This document shows positions 11,832 to 23,945 of a stretch of 64,000 bases of DNA, piece after piece. Every line of letters starts with the position of its first letter. Positions within the stretch are counted from its first letter, which is position 1. The notes below the pieces were generated by a model. The model did no database searches and was not told the DNA's origin. It saw nothing but the letters and a program-made list of their open reading frames with translations. The DNA comes from Mobula hypostoma (taxonomy: Eukaryota), in NCBI RefSeq assembly GCF_963921235.1, contig NC_086102.1, positions 44,020,001 to 44,084,000 of the forward strand. Reading direction: 5' to 3'. Made by a program: the position numbers and the translations under genes.

Positions 11832-14800
11832 AAAAAAGTAATTTTCTATCTGCAGTTGTGAATGCCTTGGACCACATCTAATAAAACAATGTATAAAGAA
11901 CGTCTTGAAATGTGTCTGTCTTCATATTTACTGACAGAGTGGTAAGCTTGGTCACCTTTCATCAGACGACATCTTACTAAACAGGAGGAGGCAGGAGAAC
12001 ACTGGTTTGCGTGGCCAAGGTAGAACTCTGGGTTAAATTTAAAAACAGCTGTGAGTTGAATCAATGAATGCACAGTTGAAGGAAGTTATACTTACTATAA
12101 ATTCTGATGTAAAATCGCTTGATTTATCCACCACACAGGACATGCTGTCTTCACGCTGCTGCCTTCAGGAAGAAAGTACCTCAGGACTCACATCACCAGG
12201 TTCAGGAACAGGTATTACTCCACAACCACCCCTTGACCCAAAGGGAATAACTTCACTTGCCCCATCATTGAAATGTTCCCACAACCAATGCCACACTTTC
12301 ACGACTTTTCATCTCACATTCCCAATAGTTATTGCTTTTTGATCATTTTTTAATTATCATTATTATTTCTTTCTACCTACATTTGCACAGTTCATTGTCT
12401 TTTGCACATTGGTTGAAAGGCCAATTTGGCGCAGTCTTTCATTGTTTCTATTATAGTTATTATTCAATGGATATTCTGGGTATGCCTGCAAGAAAATGAA
12501 TCTCAGGGTTGTAAATGTATTTCATTAACAAATTTACTTTCAACTTCAAAGACCAATGTTTAGATTTTATATTATTCTACAGCTGAGTCTTGCTAAAATG
12601 TGATTTTCTTGAATTGAGGAAGATGGAATCATCAAGAACCAGGTTGACTTTGTAAGTGATTAGATACGATCTAAGAGATAAAAGGTAATTAAACCCTTTT
12701 ATTTATTGGTTGGAGAAAGCAGCGTTCCCTGTCTGTTTTCCTTGCTGCATGCCAAATAATTGCAAAGTTCCCAGCCTGGGTCATTTTACCCCTTTGAGGT
12801 GTGAACCAGAAAATTTTAATCTGAGTAATATTCTGCAGTGATGACCAGTGCCCAAAAGGATATCTCTTGTTACTAAGGAGACAGCTGGATTATTTCCTTC
12901 TTCCTAAAGCAGGCTAGAATGCTGACATTCTTTAAAATGTAATGGGAGCTTTCTGTAATATGTAAAATAATACACTGCTGGTTACTCACCTGGGATATGC
13001 TGAAAGTCCAGAATTCCTTGTGATTTATAAAATGCACTGTGACCTGGGAGTCTATTCAGCTCGAGTTTATATCGTGACCTAAGAGTTCACGAGTCAAATT
13101 CATCCACTTTGATAAGTAACAGAATCTATTATTACATAAGTATTTTCCTTCTACTTTACTCTCTCTGCATCCTGTTGGTTGTGTGTAGAAAATTCTTCAA
13201 GTATTCTATAAAAAGCCAGATAGTTTGGCTGTAATCAGGCCAGATTGAGTTTATACTTGAGCAGACTCTAGGTCAGGGATTTCCCTTGTGATGGTGAAAG
13301 CATTTCATGATCCTGTCATTCATTTAACAACTGGCTCCATGTATCCATGGTGTCAATTATGGACAGCAGCAGTAGTTCAGGCTCATCCACGGGACGAAAT
13401 ACGATGGCAATATATTCAGAATGAACTTGAGCATTGCTTGAGAGTCTTCAGGAGTTGAATTACAGATACAAGAACACAGCTGCAGTCCTTTTCTTCACTG
13501 TGAACTGTGTTCATAGAAACCAATGGCTGGTTCTCTCAATGTCCTTGGATTTTTTCAACCTGTCCTCCACAGCCTGAATGTCAATCTCAGTGATATGAAA
13601 TTTGGTTTGCAAAGTAAGTTCACTGTATTTTTCCTGCATTGGTGTTCTTTGACATTTTGTTTTAGCTCCAGTTACAGTATTCAGTGCCTACTTAACATTG
13701 TTCCCTGGTTCTAAGTGTTCAGTAAGCTGCTTCTCCCGTGAGGAACATATGTAATTCCATTTCAAACTGGCCTATTGTAACTATCAAATAATGGAGATGA
13801 TGATCAGATTCTGATGTATTTTTCTTTATTCATTTATACGATGAAGGCATTAGTGACAAAAATCAACGTTTACTGCAACACTAACTACTTTTGAGAAGGT
13901 ACTCTTCTAGTTAGGGTGTATGCTGGCCAAAAGAGGTCGTAGGCAAAATCATCATCCAGAAAACTGCACAATGGATTTATGGGCATTTGTGTATACATGC
14001 TCAGTCTACAACATTAAGGATGTACTTATGTACTGCTCTCTAAAGCAAGAAAATCTCAGTGCATGCTTCAGATATTGAACATTCCAGAAACTAGACTTTG
14101 CAATGATAGTACAGGAGGAATTAAATCATCAGGGTGGTGTGCAACCTGCCTTTTCAAAATTCCCTCTCTTAATACATGAGGGTTTTGCATTTGGACCTGG
14201 AGATTTTCATGTAATTGAAGACATTAATCAAAATAACACCTGATCCTTATATAATTCATTTCACAATCCTATCAATATTAATTCAAATAAAAAAAATCAC
14301 AAATACAGGGAAAGAGGAAAGGAATTAAAATGAAAGTTTTTATTCAAATTGCTTAAAATATTTGCAACACGCACAAAAAATTGCACCAGGCAATGGCTAT
14401 GGGAAAAGTATGATTACTTTATGAGTATGCCTTTGCAAATAATTGTAGACTGAACTTTTCTGAGTGTATCAGTAATCATAGAAACAGTATATAGCATATA
14501 GCAATGCCTCGCAGTTCTAATTTACTCTTACGTACACACCACTAAGCAGTATTTTTACTTGCTCTTATATAACTGTCTTCAGATATACACAAATCACAAT
14601 ACTTGCTTCACAGAGTTGGTTCCAACCTGAGAAATTTACCCCACTTTAGGGACCACTCACTGACCATGATTCAAATGAGTGGTCTTTCTGAAAATCTATC
14701 ACTGCTTCCATTTTTGTTTTCATCTACCAGAGATATAAACTCACATTGCTGTAATTTTGGTTAATTACAATCACTTCTCGTAAGAACACTACAGCACAGA

Positions 14801-15224
14801 AACATGTCCTTCAGCCTATCTAGACCAGACTAATTTATTCTATCTAGTCCCATCAATGTGCCATGGCCCTCCATGCACCTCCCATCTATATACATATCCA
14901 AATTTCACCTAAATATTGAAACCAAACCCACATCTACCAATACCACTAGCAGTGGTAATTCTTTAAACCCTTACCCCAATGCTGCAACAACACCTCTAAG
15001 GGTCTTACTATGCTGGCCATAAAATCCAGCAAGAAAACTACTTTAGCCTTAACATATACTGGATTAGCCATTTTGATTAACAAAGCTGCAAATGTTTTTA
15101 AATCAAAAAACCAGAAATGAGGAAACAGTAAGTCAAATAACATCAGTGAGCAGAGAGACATAACCAGTCATCCCTATTAAATTCCAAAACTGGAAAACAT
15201 AAGAAACTAAGCAGAGAGTGGTGA

Positions 15225-15512
15225 GGGGGGGGGGGGCAGGCAGGGTGGAGAGAAGGGGGGGCAGGCAGGGTGGAGAGGAGGGAGGGGCAGGCAGGGTGGA
15301 GAGGAGGGAGGGGCAGGCAGGGTGAAGAGGAGGGAGGGGCAGGCAGGGTGAAGAGGAAGGAGGGGCAGGCAGGGTGGAGAGGAGGGAGGGGCAGGCAGGG
15401 TGGAGAGAAGGGAGGGGCAGGCAGGGTGAAGAGGAGGGAGGGGCAGGCAGGGTGGAGAGAAGGGAGGGGCAGGCAGGGTGGAGAGAAGGGAGGGGCAGTC
15501 AGGGTGGAGAGG
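15225..15512. repeat. G-rich minisatellite, ~26-bp unit (GGAGAGRAGGGAGGGGCAGGCAGGGT), ~11 copies
   Basis: Tandem units are directly visible. The overlapping ORFs are repeat artefacts. Confidence 0.95.
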
Positions 15513-15810
15513 AATGTCCATGGTAGGTTGGGGACCAAAGTTGCTCACGTAACAACTAACTTTTTAAAAAGGGCTGTTGGAGACAAAAAGGAAGTAAGTT
15601 GAATCAGTAAGATCCCAGCTGCGGAGAGAAAGGGTAAGTAAGGTTGGCCAGGGTTAAAATCTCTTCCTTTAATGTATCAAAAGAAGTAGTAACTGGTGGG
15701 AGAAATTCAACTTATGATCTGTAGACCACAAGTTCTCTGCATGTTGCTCTTTGCCTGTCTGAAATTCAAGCATCATTAAAACGGACAAGCTCCAGAGTAT
15801 GAAGAGTTTA

Positions 15811-16191
15811 CAGTCATCCCTCAGTATCCGCAGGGGATTGGTTCCAGGACCACACCACCACCCCAGCTAGCCATCCCTTACTAGCCTTAAACTCTTTCCT
15901 CTCACTCACTGCAGAAGTAGCAAAACAAACGAGACGCAGAGTAAACAGTGCACAAGTGAGTGCTGGAGTGCCATTTCACAGATCCCAGAGACTGAAGATC
16001 TGTGAAATGGCAGGAGGCTACAGCAGGGTATGTCCACATATCACTTCATTCACGTGCATTCGCATAATGCTTGGTGCGCGGCAAATTCAAATTTTGCTTT
16101 TTGGAACTTTCTGGAATTTTTTTTGAGTATTTTCAATCCATGGTTGGTTGAGTCCGTGTATGCAGAACCTGCGGATACGGAGGGCCGACTG
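15811..16191. mobile_element. pogo/Tigger-type MITE
   Basis: TA-flanked TIRs: CAGTCATCCCTCAGTATCCGCAGG on the left and the reverse complement CAGTCGGCCCTCCGTATCCGCAGG on the right. Confidence 0.85.
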
Positions 16192-16438
16192 TACTCTGAA
16201 TCAAGTTTAGGTAAAAGATGGACATTCCTTGTTACATTTCTCCCAAATTCAGCCTTAGATATATTCAATCACCGAAAGGATTTATTATAGTTAAGAAGCA
16301 ATAAATTTTGGAAGTTTTGCTGCGAGCGTATGACTGTTTCGAGAAACACATCTTTTCAATTATAAGCAACACACATCAAAGTTGCTGGTGAACGCAGCAG
16401 GCCAGGCAGCATCTGTAGGAAGAGGTGCAGTCGACGTT

Positions 16439-16495
16439 TCACTTATAAATCTGATGGCTTCTCTCCATTATCCACACGGATAAGGTGTTTTCCAT
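16439..16495 (-). CDS. Candidate terminal coding exon of gene B
   Basis: Strong acceptor (cttttgttcccatttgtattttcag|ATGG). It gives a short peptide then a stop in phase 0 (MENTLSVWIMERSHQIYK*) or phase 1 (DGKHLIRVDNGEKPSDL*). Minus-strand AATAAA at about 16281-16286. No homology support. Confidence 0.3.
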   Translation of the reverse strand: MENTLSVWIMERSHQIYK

Positions 16496-16747
16496 CTGAA
16501 AATACAAATGGGAACAAAAGTCAACATTTATTCTGCTAATACTGTGTACACATCAGCAGGGCTATCATAATGAAATAATCTTAAATTGATTGTAATTCTG
16601 TATCTTCTATTTAGCCTTAGATTATTTCATATTCAGGTTTAAAATAAGCATTGATCATTCTAAAACACAGTACAACAATTGCACTCAATTTTACACTGTG
16701 CACTTCCTCAGTTTTCTGCATTCCTACCAACAAAATCGTTACCTTAC

Positions 16748-16773
16748 CTGAAAATTCTCAGTGATGGAAACCA
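16748..16773 (-). CDS. Candidate small cytoplasmic exon of gene B
   Basis: Strong donor CAG|GTAAGG with a pyrimidine-rich tract ending ccaag|. 26 nt, phase 1 to 0 (VSITENFQ). Confidence 0.22.
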
Positions 16774-17039
16774 CTTGGTTAGTGAAAACCAGAAAACAGT
16801 TGTCAGTCATTCTGCATTACTAACAATTTCTAAAGTTTCTCATGACCTACAACCAGAGATAATTGTGCCAAATTTAGTTAATCCATCTCTTCAGTACTAT
16901 ATTCAAGTGGAATTATTTTCCCAAAATAGGTTCATTTGTATTTACTTGAAGTTCTATATATGCTTAATTTAATGTACCAAGTCAAAATGATGCCAAGCTA
17001 TGATGTCTGTCAAGTTGTAGCTCAGACTTACTCCTTTGA

Positions 17040-17580
17040 GGCTAAGGAATGGTTTTGGGGACATTGAGAAATTACAGGTCAGGTTTGGGTTTCGGAACAT
17101 AGATGCCGGGGAGATAAAGGTTAGGGCCTGTAAATGAAGAGTGAGGGCAGGAGTTGGTGGTCATAGTCCAGGTTGAAGCACTGAGGATGAAGATCAGCTA
17201 TCCCCATGGTCAAGGACTGTGGTTGGCTGGTCCCAAAGATGAAGGGTTGGTGACCCCCCCTAGGCCGCCAAGCCCTGGGTTCAGAAGTCCATGCGAGTCT
17301 GGAGGTCTATGCTCAGAGTTGAACATCCCATGTGATTGGTCAACTCTGGGGTCGACACCAAAGGTCAAAGAGCAAAATCAGCGAGTCCAAAAATTGGGGC
17401 CTGAAGGTTGAAGCCCTGAAATCTGAAGCCCCTTGATCAGCATGTTCGGGTGTCGGTGGTTCAACATTCGTGAGTTAAGGCTAGGGACTAGAGTTAGAGG
17501 CACAATGTCTATGCCTGCAGAGTGTTCGAGGCCAAGGACTGGGGTCAAAGGCTCAGAGGTGGCCAGTCCTGGGGTTGGAG

Positions 17581-17628
<48 letters not shown>

Positions 17629-17860
17629 TGATAGGCGAGAAAGGGACTTCTCTTGCTGTGTTTTTTTGCTTTGTTGTTGGTGTTGTTGCTTGGGTTGTTC
17701 TGCTGATCATAGTGAACATACTATGTTGGTGCCGGAATGTGTGGCAACACTTGTGGGCTGCCCCAGCACAACCGTGGGTTGTGTTGGTTGTTAACACAAA
17801 TGACAAATTTCATTGTATGCTTCAATGTACATGTGATAAATAAATTAATCTGAATCTGAA
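17040..17860 (-). mobile_element. Non-autonomous retroelement containing a (GT)22 microsatellite (17583-17626)
   Basis: (TCTGAA)n tail at about 17845-17860. The microsatellite is directly visible. Confidence 0.5.
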
Positions 17861-18616
17861 TGTACTTCTTGTTTCTTGATGTTCCTCCTCCAAAACTGTT
17901 AGAGCGTGCAACAGTTTAAGCTCAGCATGCAAAAAAATCTAGTTTTTAAATTATAATTAGAAATAACAAATAAGCTTTCTAACTCAATACAAAATAAAAA
18001 GAGCAAGTGCCAGAAATGTGCTGCAGTTCAGAAAAGTGGAAAAAGGATTAATATATAATTGTGAAGACCCTTTGTTGGAACTGGGAAGGGGGGAACACAG
18101 TTTGGTATCAAGGTATGGGATAAGTGACAGAGGGATGAACAGAACAAAGGGAGTATATAGGGTAAGAGGAGGCCAGGGTAAGATGATTCAAAGGGTGCAG
18201 TTAGGAAGAGATAACAAAGTCTTCTGCTCAAAATAACCCAATGCATGATTAGGGAGCAACACCTCATCTTCTATCTGGGCATGTGCCGACTCAAAATTGA
18301 ATCCTACCACATTGGGTAACACACTTTATCCATGTAAAATCAGGCCAGGTGGCTCTGGGATATTGGTTCATTTTCTTTTGTCTGTCCATAAGCCTGACCT
18401 AGGCTTGTTCTACTGGATGGCATCTCCTTTGTGTTCTCACATTCCAACGGCTCCCATATTGTAGCTTTTATGCCATTTTCTTTATTTTTGTTCCAACCAA
18501 TACTGGGTAACAGAAGACCTTCAATAGCAGCATTATAACCAAATTCCTATGATTATCTAATTGTGAACTCTGTTGTAGTGATGCTCATTGAAGCTGCACT
18601 TATTGTGCTATCATAC

Positions 18617-18664
18617 CCTCATGTAAACCTCTGAGGTTACCGGCATATTCACAACAATGATGTC
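18617..18664 (-). CDS. Candidate 48-nt phase 1-1 exon of gene B
   Basis: Acceptor atattttttag|GA and donor GAGG|GTATGA bound an open frame GHHCCEYAGNLRGLHE. Support is splice signals only. Confidence 0.25.
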
Positions 18665-19424
18665 CTAAAAAATATTTTCTCTTTAGGTCATGCTAAGAGA
18701 TTCATAAAGCCTGAACCATTGTTAAATTTACAAAGTGTGCTCCTGTCAATCATGTTCACCCGCCAGAAATGGAAGACAGCGTCCAGACTGCTATGTAGGA
18801 AACTGGAAAAGAACAAAAACTGAGTGTGTAACAGAGGCATGTTCAGCGATGGTAAAAGCTGGAATACCTGTGAATGAATGAGGATGGTCATTTTGGACAA
18901 ATCAAGTTACAACACCAGAAAATGACATTGCAATATTAACCTACAAGTGCAAATTCCAACAGAAAGTCTGGTTACAAATTCCTGATATAATGCAGTGCAA
19001 TGTAACCTGAAACTAATCACTAATATACTCCGCACAAAATTAAAACTATGTTCAATAACACTGTGCTGTTTTTCTAATGACTTATTTGAACTTAAGCCAG
19101 CTCTGCACTGACTTTAAATAACTATTGTAATTAAACATTAATCCAGTTACTTGTGAAATTGTCAAGAATTCTTCCAAAACTATCACTTAATTCCTAATAA
19201 GCATTATTTAATCTGCCCTTTTCTTAACATTTCAAGCTGGGCTTTAATTTCTGATTTAAAAATCTATGGAATGAAATTTCCAGTGATTGTAGTAAAAGGT
19301 TATGATTCAATGACACAACATTATTTAAAGATATTTCCTGCCCTGTTAAAATATTTCCAGATTTCCTCTATTTTCAGCCTTGCTCAGTTTCTACTCTTTT
19401 GTTCTTCCTTTGTTTCTCCTTGTA

Positions 19425-20194
19425 CAATGGATTCCATTAATTGGGGCACATCACGATCAGTACATTTTAGCCCAATTAACCTGCTGCCCCAATTAGCCGA
19501 GGTTTCATGGAAATCATTAAAAAGGTGTAAAAAACACAAACTGAGTAAAAATTATGTATTTGACTGAAATATGGAACAAATTGGAAGACTACCAATGCTA
19601 CCACAGTACTATAAAACTCTGTATTGGTTCTTAATAGTTATCAACAGAAGAATTCATTCAGTGTATGCAATGAACAAAATCAGTGCGGACACCTACTGCA
19701 GATAATGAACTACCTTCATACAATGATTTTGCTGAATGGATACTCCAAATCTTCATTTGCATTGTAACATTCAAGATGACTGCCCATACCTTCAAATTCT
19801 CAGTAGTTCCTAACTTGTTGAAGTAATGAAATCATTTCATTTTTCATTCCCACCATTTCTTGCTTGACACCTCACTGATTCAAATAGTTCTGAATTGCCT
19901 GACTGCTTATTTCTTGACAACTATCAGTGACAAAAATCAGATTTTTGAACACAAGCACACAAAACTGATGCTATTTAAAAACAGTTCACTCTTAAGCATG
20001 ATGTACCGTCTAACAACCACACAAGTGCTAGTTAGAACCTGTTCAGCAAGTCTCCTGTCCTAATTAAGGGGCATGGTGTCACAAATAAACAAAGGGTACC
20101 TGGCTATTTTCTCAATTAGTTTTTGGTCTTAATAGTTGTCCTAAATAAACAGCTGCCCTAGTTAACTGAAAGCCCAATTAACTAGAATCCACTG
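19425..20194 (-). mobile_element. Tigger/pogo deletion derivative
   Basis: TA-flanked ~24-bp TIRs (CAATGGATTCCATTAATTGGG / CAGTGGATTCTAGTTAATTGGG). Contains a minus-strand transposase C-terminal remnant (HLECYNANEDLE). Confidence 0.7.
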
Positions 20195-20282
20195 TATAAT
20201 TTTATAAGATGTACTGATATACTTACTGCCTATTACGTTCATTTAACACTTTCAAAAGTAACAATTTTAGGAATAAACCTAC

Positions 20283-20552
20283 CTGAGAATATCACTCGAG
20301 TCTGCTTAGGCTTGTCCATCCAGTTATGTTTCATGGAGCAGATATAGTGATTCATTTTATCAATTACTTTCAAATCATTTGTCACGTTGAAATATCCATC
20401 ACTTTCTCTCAATTTTATTTCATTATGCACTGTCAATGCATTCCCATGCCTGTCCTTCCACGTAACTTCTGGAGCAGGGTACCACCCTGAAGACTGGCAT
20501 GACAGAATATCTGAATCGGAATCCCAGGAAACATGGATGCCATCTGTACTAG
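20283..20552 (-). CDS. Gene B IgC exon, B7/butyrophilin-family type
   Basis: STDGIHVSWDSDSDILSCQSSGWYPAPEVTWKDRHG...DGYFNVTNDL...YICSMKHNWMDKPKQTRVIFS, containing the CxSxGWYPxPxVxW signature and both Cys. Phase 1-1: acceptor ttggtag|CT (alternative at 20543), donor G|GTAGGT. Confidence 0.92.
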
Positions 20553-22589
20553 CTACCAAGATAAAAGTAACACAAATTACAGCTAGTCAACAAGAACACA
20601 AATCACACAGAAATGCTTCAATACAAAATGTTACAGTTTTTAGAAAAGCAATAACCCTCTGCAAAATTATATATTTAAGATATTCCCTATACTTTGCTGA
20701 TAATCAAGATCTGTATATTCTGGAGAAAATAAATATCTATTGGAATGAGTTGAAAGTTACCCAAAATGTACAACAAAATAAGACAATGGTCTGACTCCTT
20801 TCCATTGGCTTACTTTGTTTTCATAAACACATTGTTCCATGAGCATCGTAGGTACATACAAGTTTATAAATAAATAAGATGGCACTTTTTCTATATTGAT
20901 TCCACATGCATTCTCAGGCAGATTTTCTTGACAGAGGCATTAAGTTTAAATAAACTGGGCTGCAATTGAAAATAACCTGCACATCTTAGCTTCCCTCTTA
21001 TAACAAATAAATCAAAGACTGAGCAAGCACCTTCATTGGTGAATAATCCTCCAAACTCTTTTCTTCTGTGCTGTGCTGAAGTGATCCGATGCATTCAGCA
21101 CACACAGGAAAAAAATTATCTTGCCAAGTAAGTATGCAGATACCAGTTTAGAATAACATTAAGCTATACTTCATCCCTTGTAATAGTTTAAATCAATGAA
21201 ATTGAGCTTTCAACATTCACCTGGGCCAACTTGGAAGTTTCACTTGTCAGGTCCTACTGAAGAAAATGACCATGAGTTATCAGAAGAGTGTTCGATGTAT
21301 TTGAGCCAGGATCACTCACAAGATGTTCAAGGAACATCTCATCAATTTTTTTTTTAAGACTCCTCGTCAAGTAGCCATACTAAATAGCCAGTTCAAATAG
21401 AAATGGAAGTTATACAATATACAAATCAGTAATAGTCACTAGGTACAGTGCCAGGGCTCCAGTTAAACCAAACAGTGAATTATGCAATCACCATTTCTTT
21501 GGGACTAGAGACTAGCAATAGTTGTTCTATAAAAGGCTGTTATGTGATGGTGTTATAAATAAATTTAACAGCTACTGGGCAGAATTCCATCTTTGTCGTC
21601 ATTTCATATCTGATCTGGTACTGCTATAACATTAAATACTGCATTTTCACACCTTTAGCTAAAAGCCTTAGCTATTCGTATATTGTTTAAGTTTTGGTTT
21701 TCCATCCATTGCTATCAAACCAAAATATAGTTCTATTTTTACTCATAAAACTATTTCTAAGTATGTTTTTCTTGTAGAAATGCTACTAATGCCAAGGTAT
21801 CAGGGAAGAGTCATAAGCTTTACAGAATTATGTGATTGTTCTTATACCGTTCAGTCTATGGGGAAATGTTTGTCACTTTATTACCTAAAGATGATAGGGT
21901 GTAATTTCTGCAAAGGTCTCTCCACTTTGCCCTCAGCTGCGGTAGAGAGCCTGGGATTTGGCATATTTACCATCATTGCCCATCAACTTAATTGAATGAA
22001 GAAATGAATGAAAATAACTGAAGACTAGTTTACAGATGGTAAAGACCTCAAGAGGAGGCAGAGAAGAATCATACATGTGCTATTTCAGAAGATGACCGCA
22101 GATGGTTCAGTATTGTCTTTGGTATTCACAGTTGCCTTCTCATCAAGGATGGTGATATTCATGATGTATGATGTGAGACTACAAAGACTTTTACTTATCT
22201 CAGAAGCAGGTCATTCAGCCCCACTGGTCCATGCTGACCAATATGCTCCCTCCAAGCTAAACCAGTTTTGTCTTTGGTCCATAAACTTCTAAACCTTTCC
22301 AATCTGTGCACCTGTCCAACTGTTTCTGAAGAGATATAACTGTGTTCTATCAAGTGATAACTTAATACTGTCTGTAGCATATGACTTAGCCCACATTCCT
22401 ATATCGTATTTTCACCTGATGAATGTTTCCTTTTGAGCTGTACCTAATAATATTCTGGGATGTCCATATACATCACTCACTGAACATAGGTTGGTCCTTA
22501 GGTTAAAATACAACGTTACTGATTCTGGTGGAACATAATCCTAGCACTCTGAAAGCTGGCAGTGCTTACAACTGAGCAGATTTGAACTG

Positions 22590-22820
22590 TGGTAACACAA
22601 ACAAGAGACAATCTGCACACGCTGGAAATCCAAGCATCGCACACACAATGCTGGAGGAACTCAGCAGGCCAGGCAGCATCTATGGGAAAGAGAAAAAAAA
22701 GAGTACAGTTGACGTTTTGGGCCCAGAACCTTCATCAGGATTGAAGGGTCTGGCCCCGAAACGTCGACTAGGTGCTGCCTGGCCTGCTGGGTTTCACCAG
22801 CATTTTGTGTGTGTTGCTTG
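22590..22820. mobile_element. Penelope-terminus-derived hairpin element with two opposed degenerate hammerhead motifs
   Basis: Two inverted halves, each containing CTGCCTGGCCTGCTG and a GAAACGTCGAC-like motif. Confidence 0.6.
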
Positions 22821-23603
22821 AACTGTGCTAAGGCTGCCCAATTTAATGCTATAGAACTACGGAACATGCAACATAATTGTATCCTCAATCTGAACACAGG
22901 GCTTTGTCACCAACAGCTTATAAACTGCATCAGCAACAAATAGACTGGTTACAAGAAGGTCACGTTGGTTTCTCACTTGACCTGCAACAGATCTAGTAAC
23001 TATGTCTTTCAGGACTTGATTAGCTCTGTCAGCTATGATGCCACTGCATCAGTCTAGATGAAAGACCCGTAAGAAATAGGAGCAGAAATAGGACATCAAG
23101 TCAGCTCCGCCATTCCATCATAGCAGATCCATTCCCCAGTATCCCTTCATGCCCTGACTAATCTATCAACCTCTACCTTGACTATACCCAATGATGGCAT
23201 TGATAAACTCAGGAAAAATGTGTTTTACTGCTACAAGTGGTGTTTTTTTTAATTGCCAGAGCCTAACAGCAGAGTGCTGCTACTTTTTCCAACACTGTGC
23301 AATTGAAAATTGATTTAACAAGGAGTAAATTGCATTTGGTACTATTTCCAGGAAAAACCATGCTGACCTTCAACTGACAATTCTGGCCAAGTCACCCTAT
23401 TTCAAATTCAGAGACTTGGTTACAATGAGCTTTAATGCAACACAATGCTTTAATATTTTTAGGCTGCTGCCTTCTGTAAAAGGTAGTGTTAATCAGTAAA
23501 ACATACCCTTTTATTTCTTGCCACTATTGTCATTACAATTTTAAAAAATGAAACTAAAGTGTATTTCACCCTCACTGAGAGCAGAGCAAGATATGTGGCA
23601 TAC

Positions 23604-23945
23604 CCCAAACAGGCAGATGAACAGATGCTTCTCCATATCCACCATCAGTGCTAACAAAGAACACATAATCTCCTTCATCCCAAAGATGAACATTCTTCAA
23701 TGTAAGAAATGCTTTGCCGTTATTGATTGAATTTTCATCAACTTCAATTCTTTTTGAGTAGTTGGCATGCTGGTTGCTGAAATCACTTTTACTTTCTTTG
23801 TACTCATACAAAATTTCAGAGCCAGGATTCTTCTCCCATTTCACTGCTGGAGTACATTGGCCATTGCAGTCAAATGAACATTCCAAGGTGACAGATCTTC
23901 CAATTTCTGTAGTTGGTTCCTGCTCACATCCAACTCGAAATGCAC
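23604..23945 (-). CDS. Gene B IgV exon, B7-H4 (VTCN1)/HHLA2-like
   Basis: GRSVTLECSF...VKWEK...ILYEYKESKSDFSNQHANYSKRIEVDENSINNGKAFLTLKNVHLWDEGDYVFFVSTDGGYGEASVHLPVW. 342 nt, phase 1-1: acceptor cctttattcag|GT, donor G|GTATGC. The F-strand Cys position reads Phe (TTC). Confidence 0.92.

Noticed and set aside
15143-15602. Pro-rich and Gly/Arg-rich ORFs
   Set aside because: They are translations of the 26-bp minisatellite.
18468-18556. Hydrophobic stretch LVIMLLLKVFCYPVLVG as gene B's TM exon
   Set aside because: The acceptor is weak, the segment is only ~17 aa, and it would need a ~60-nt intron after the better candidate exon at 18617.
500-20283. Butyrophilin assignment for gene B
   Set aside because: No B30.2/PRY-SPRY exon is visible downstream before gene C, and the V domain looks closer to B7-H4/HHLA2.
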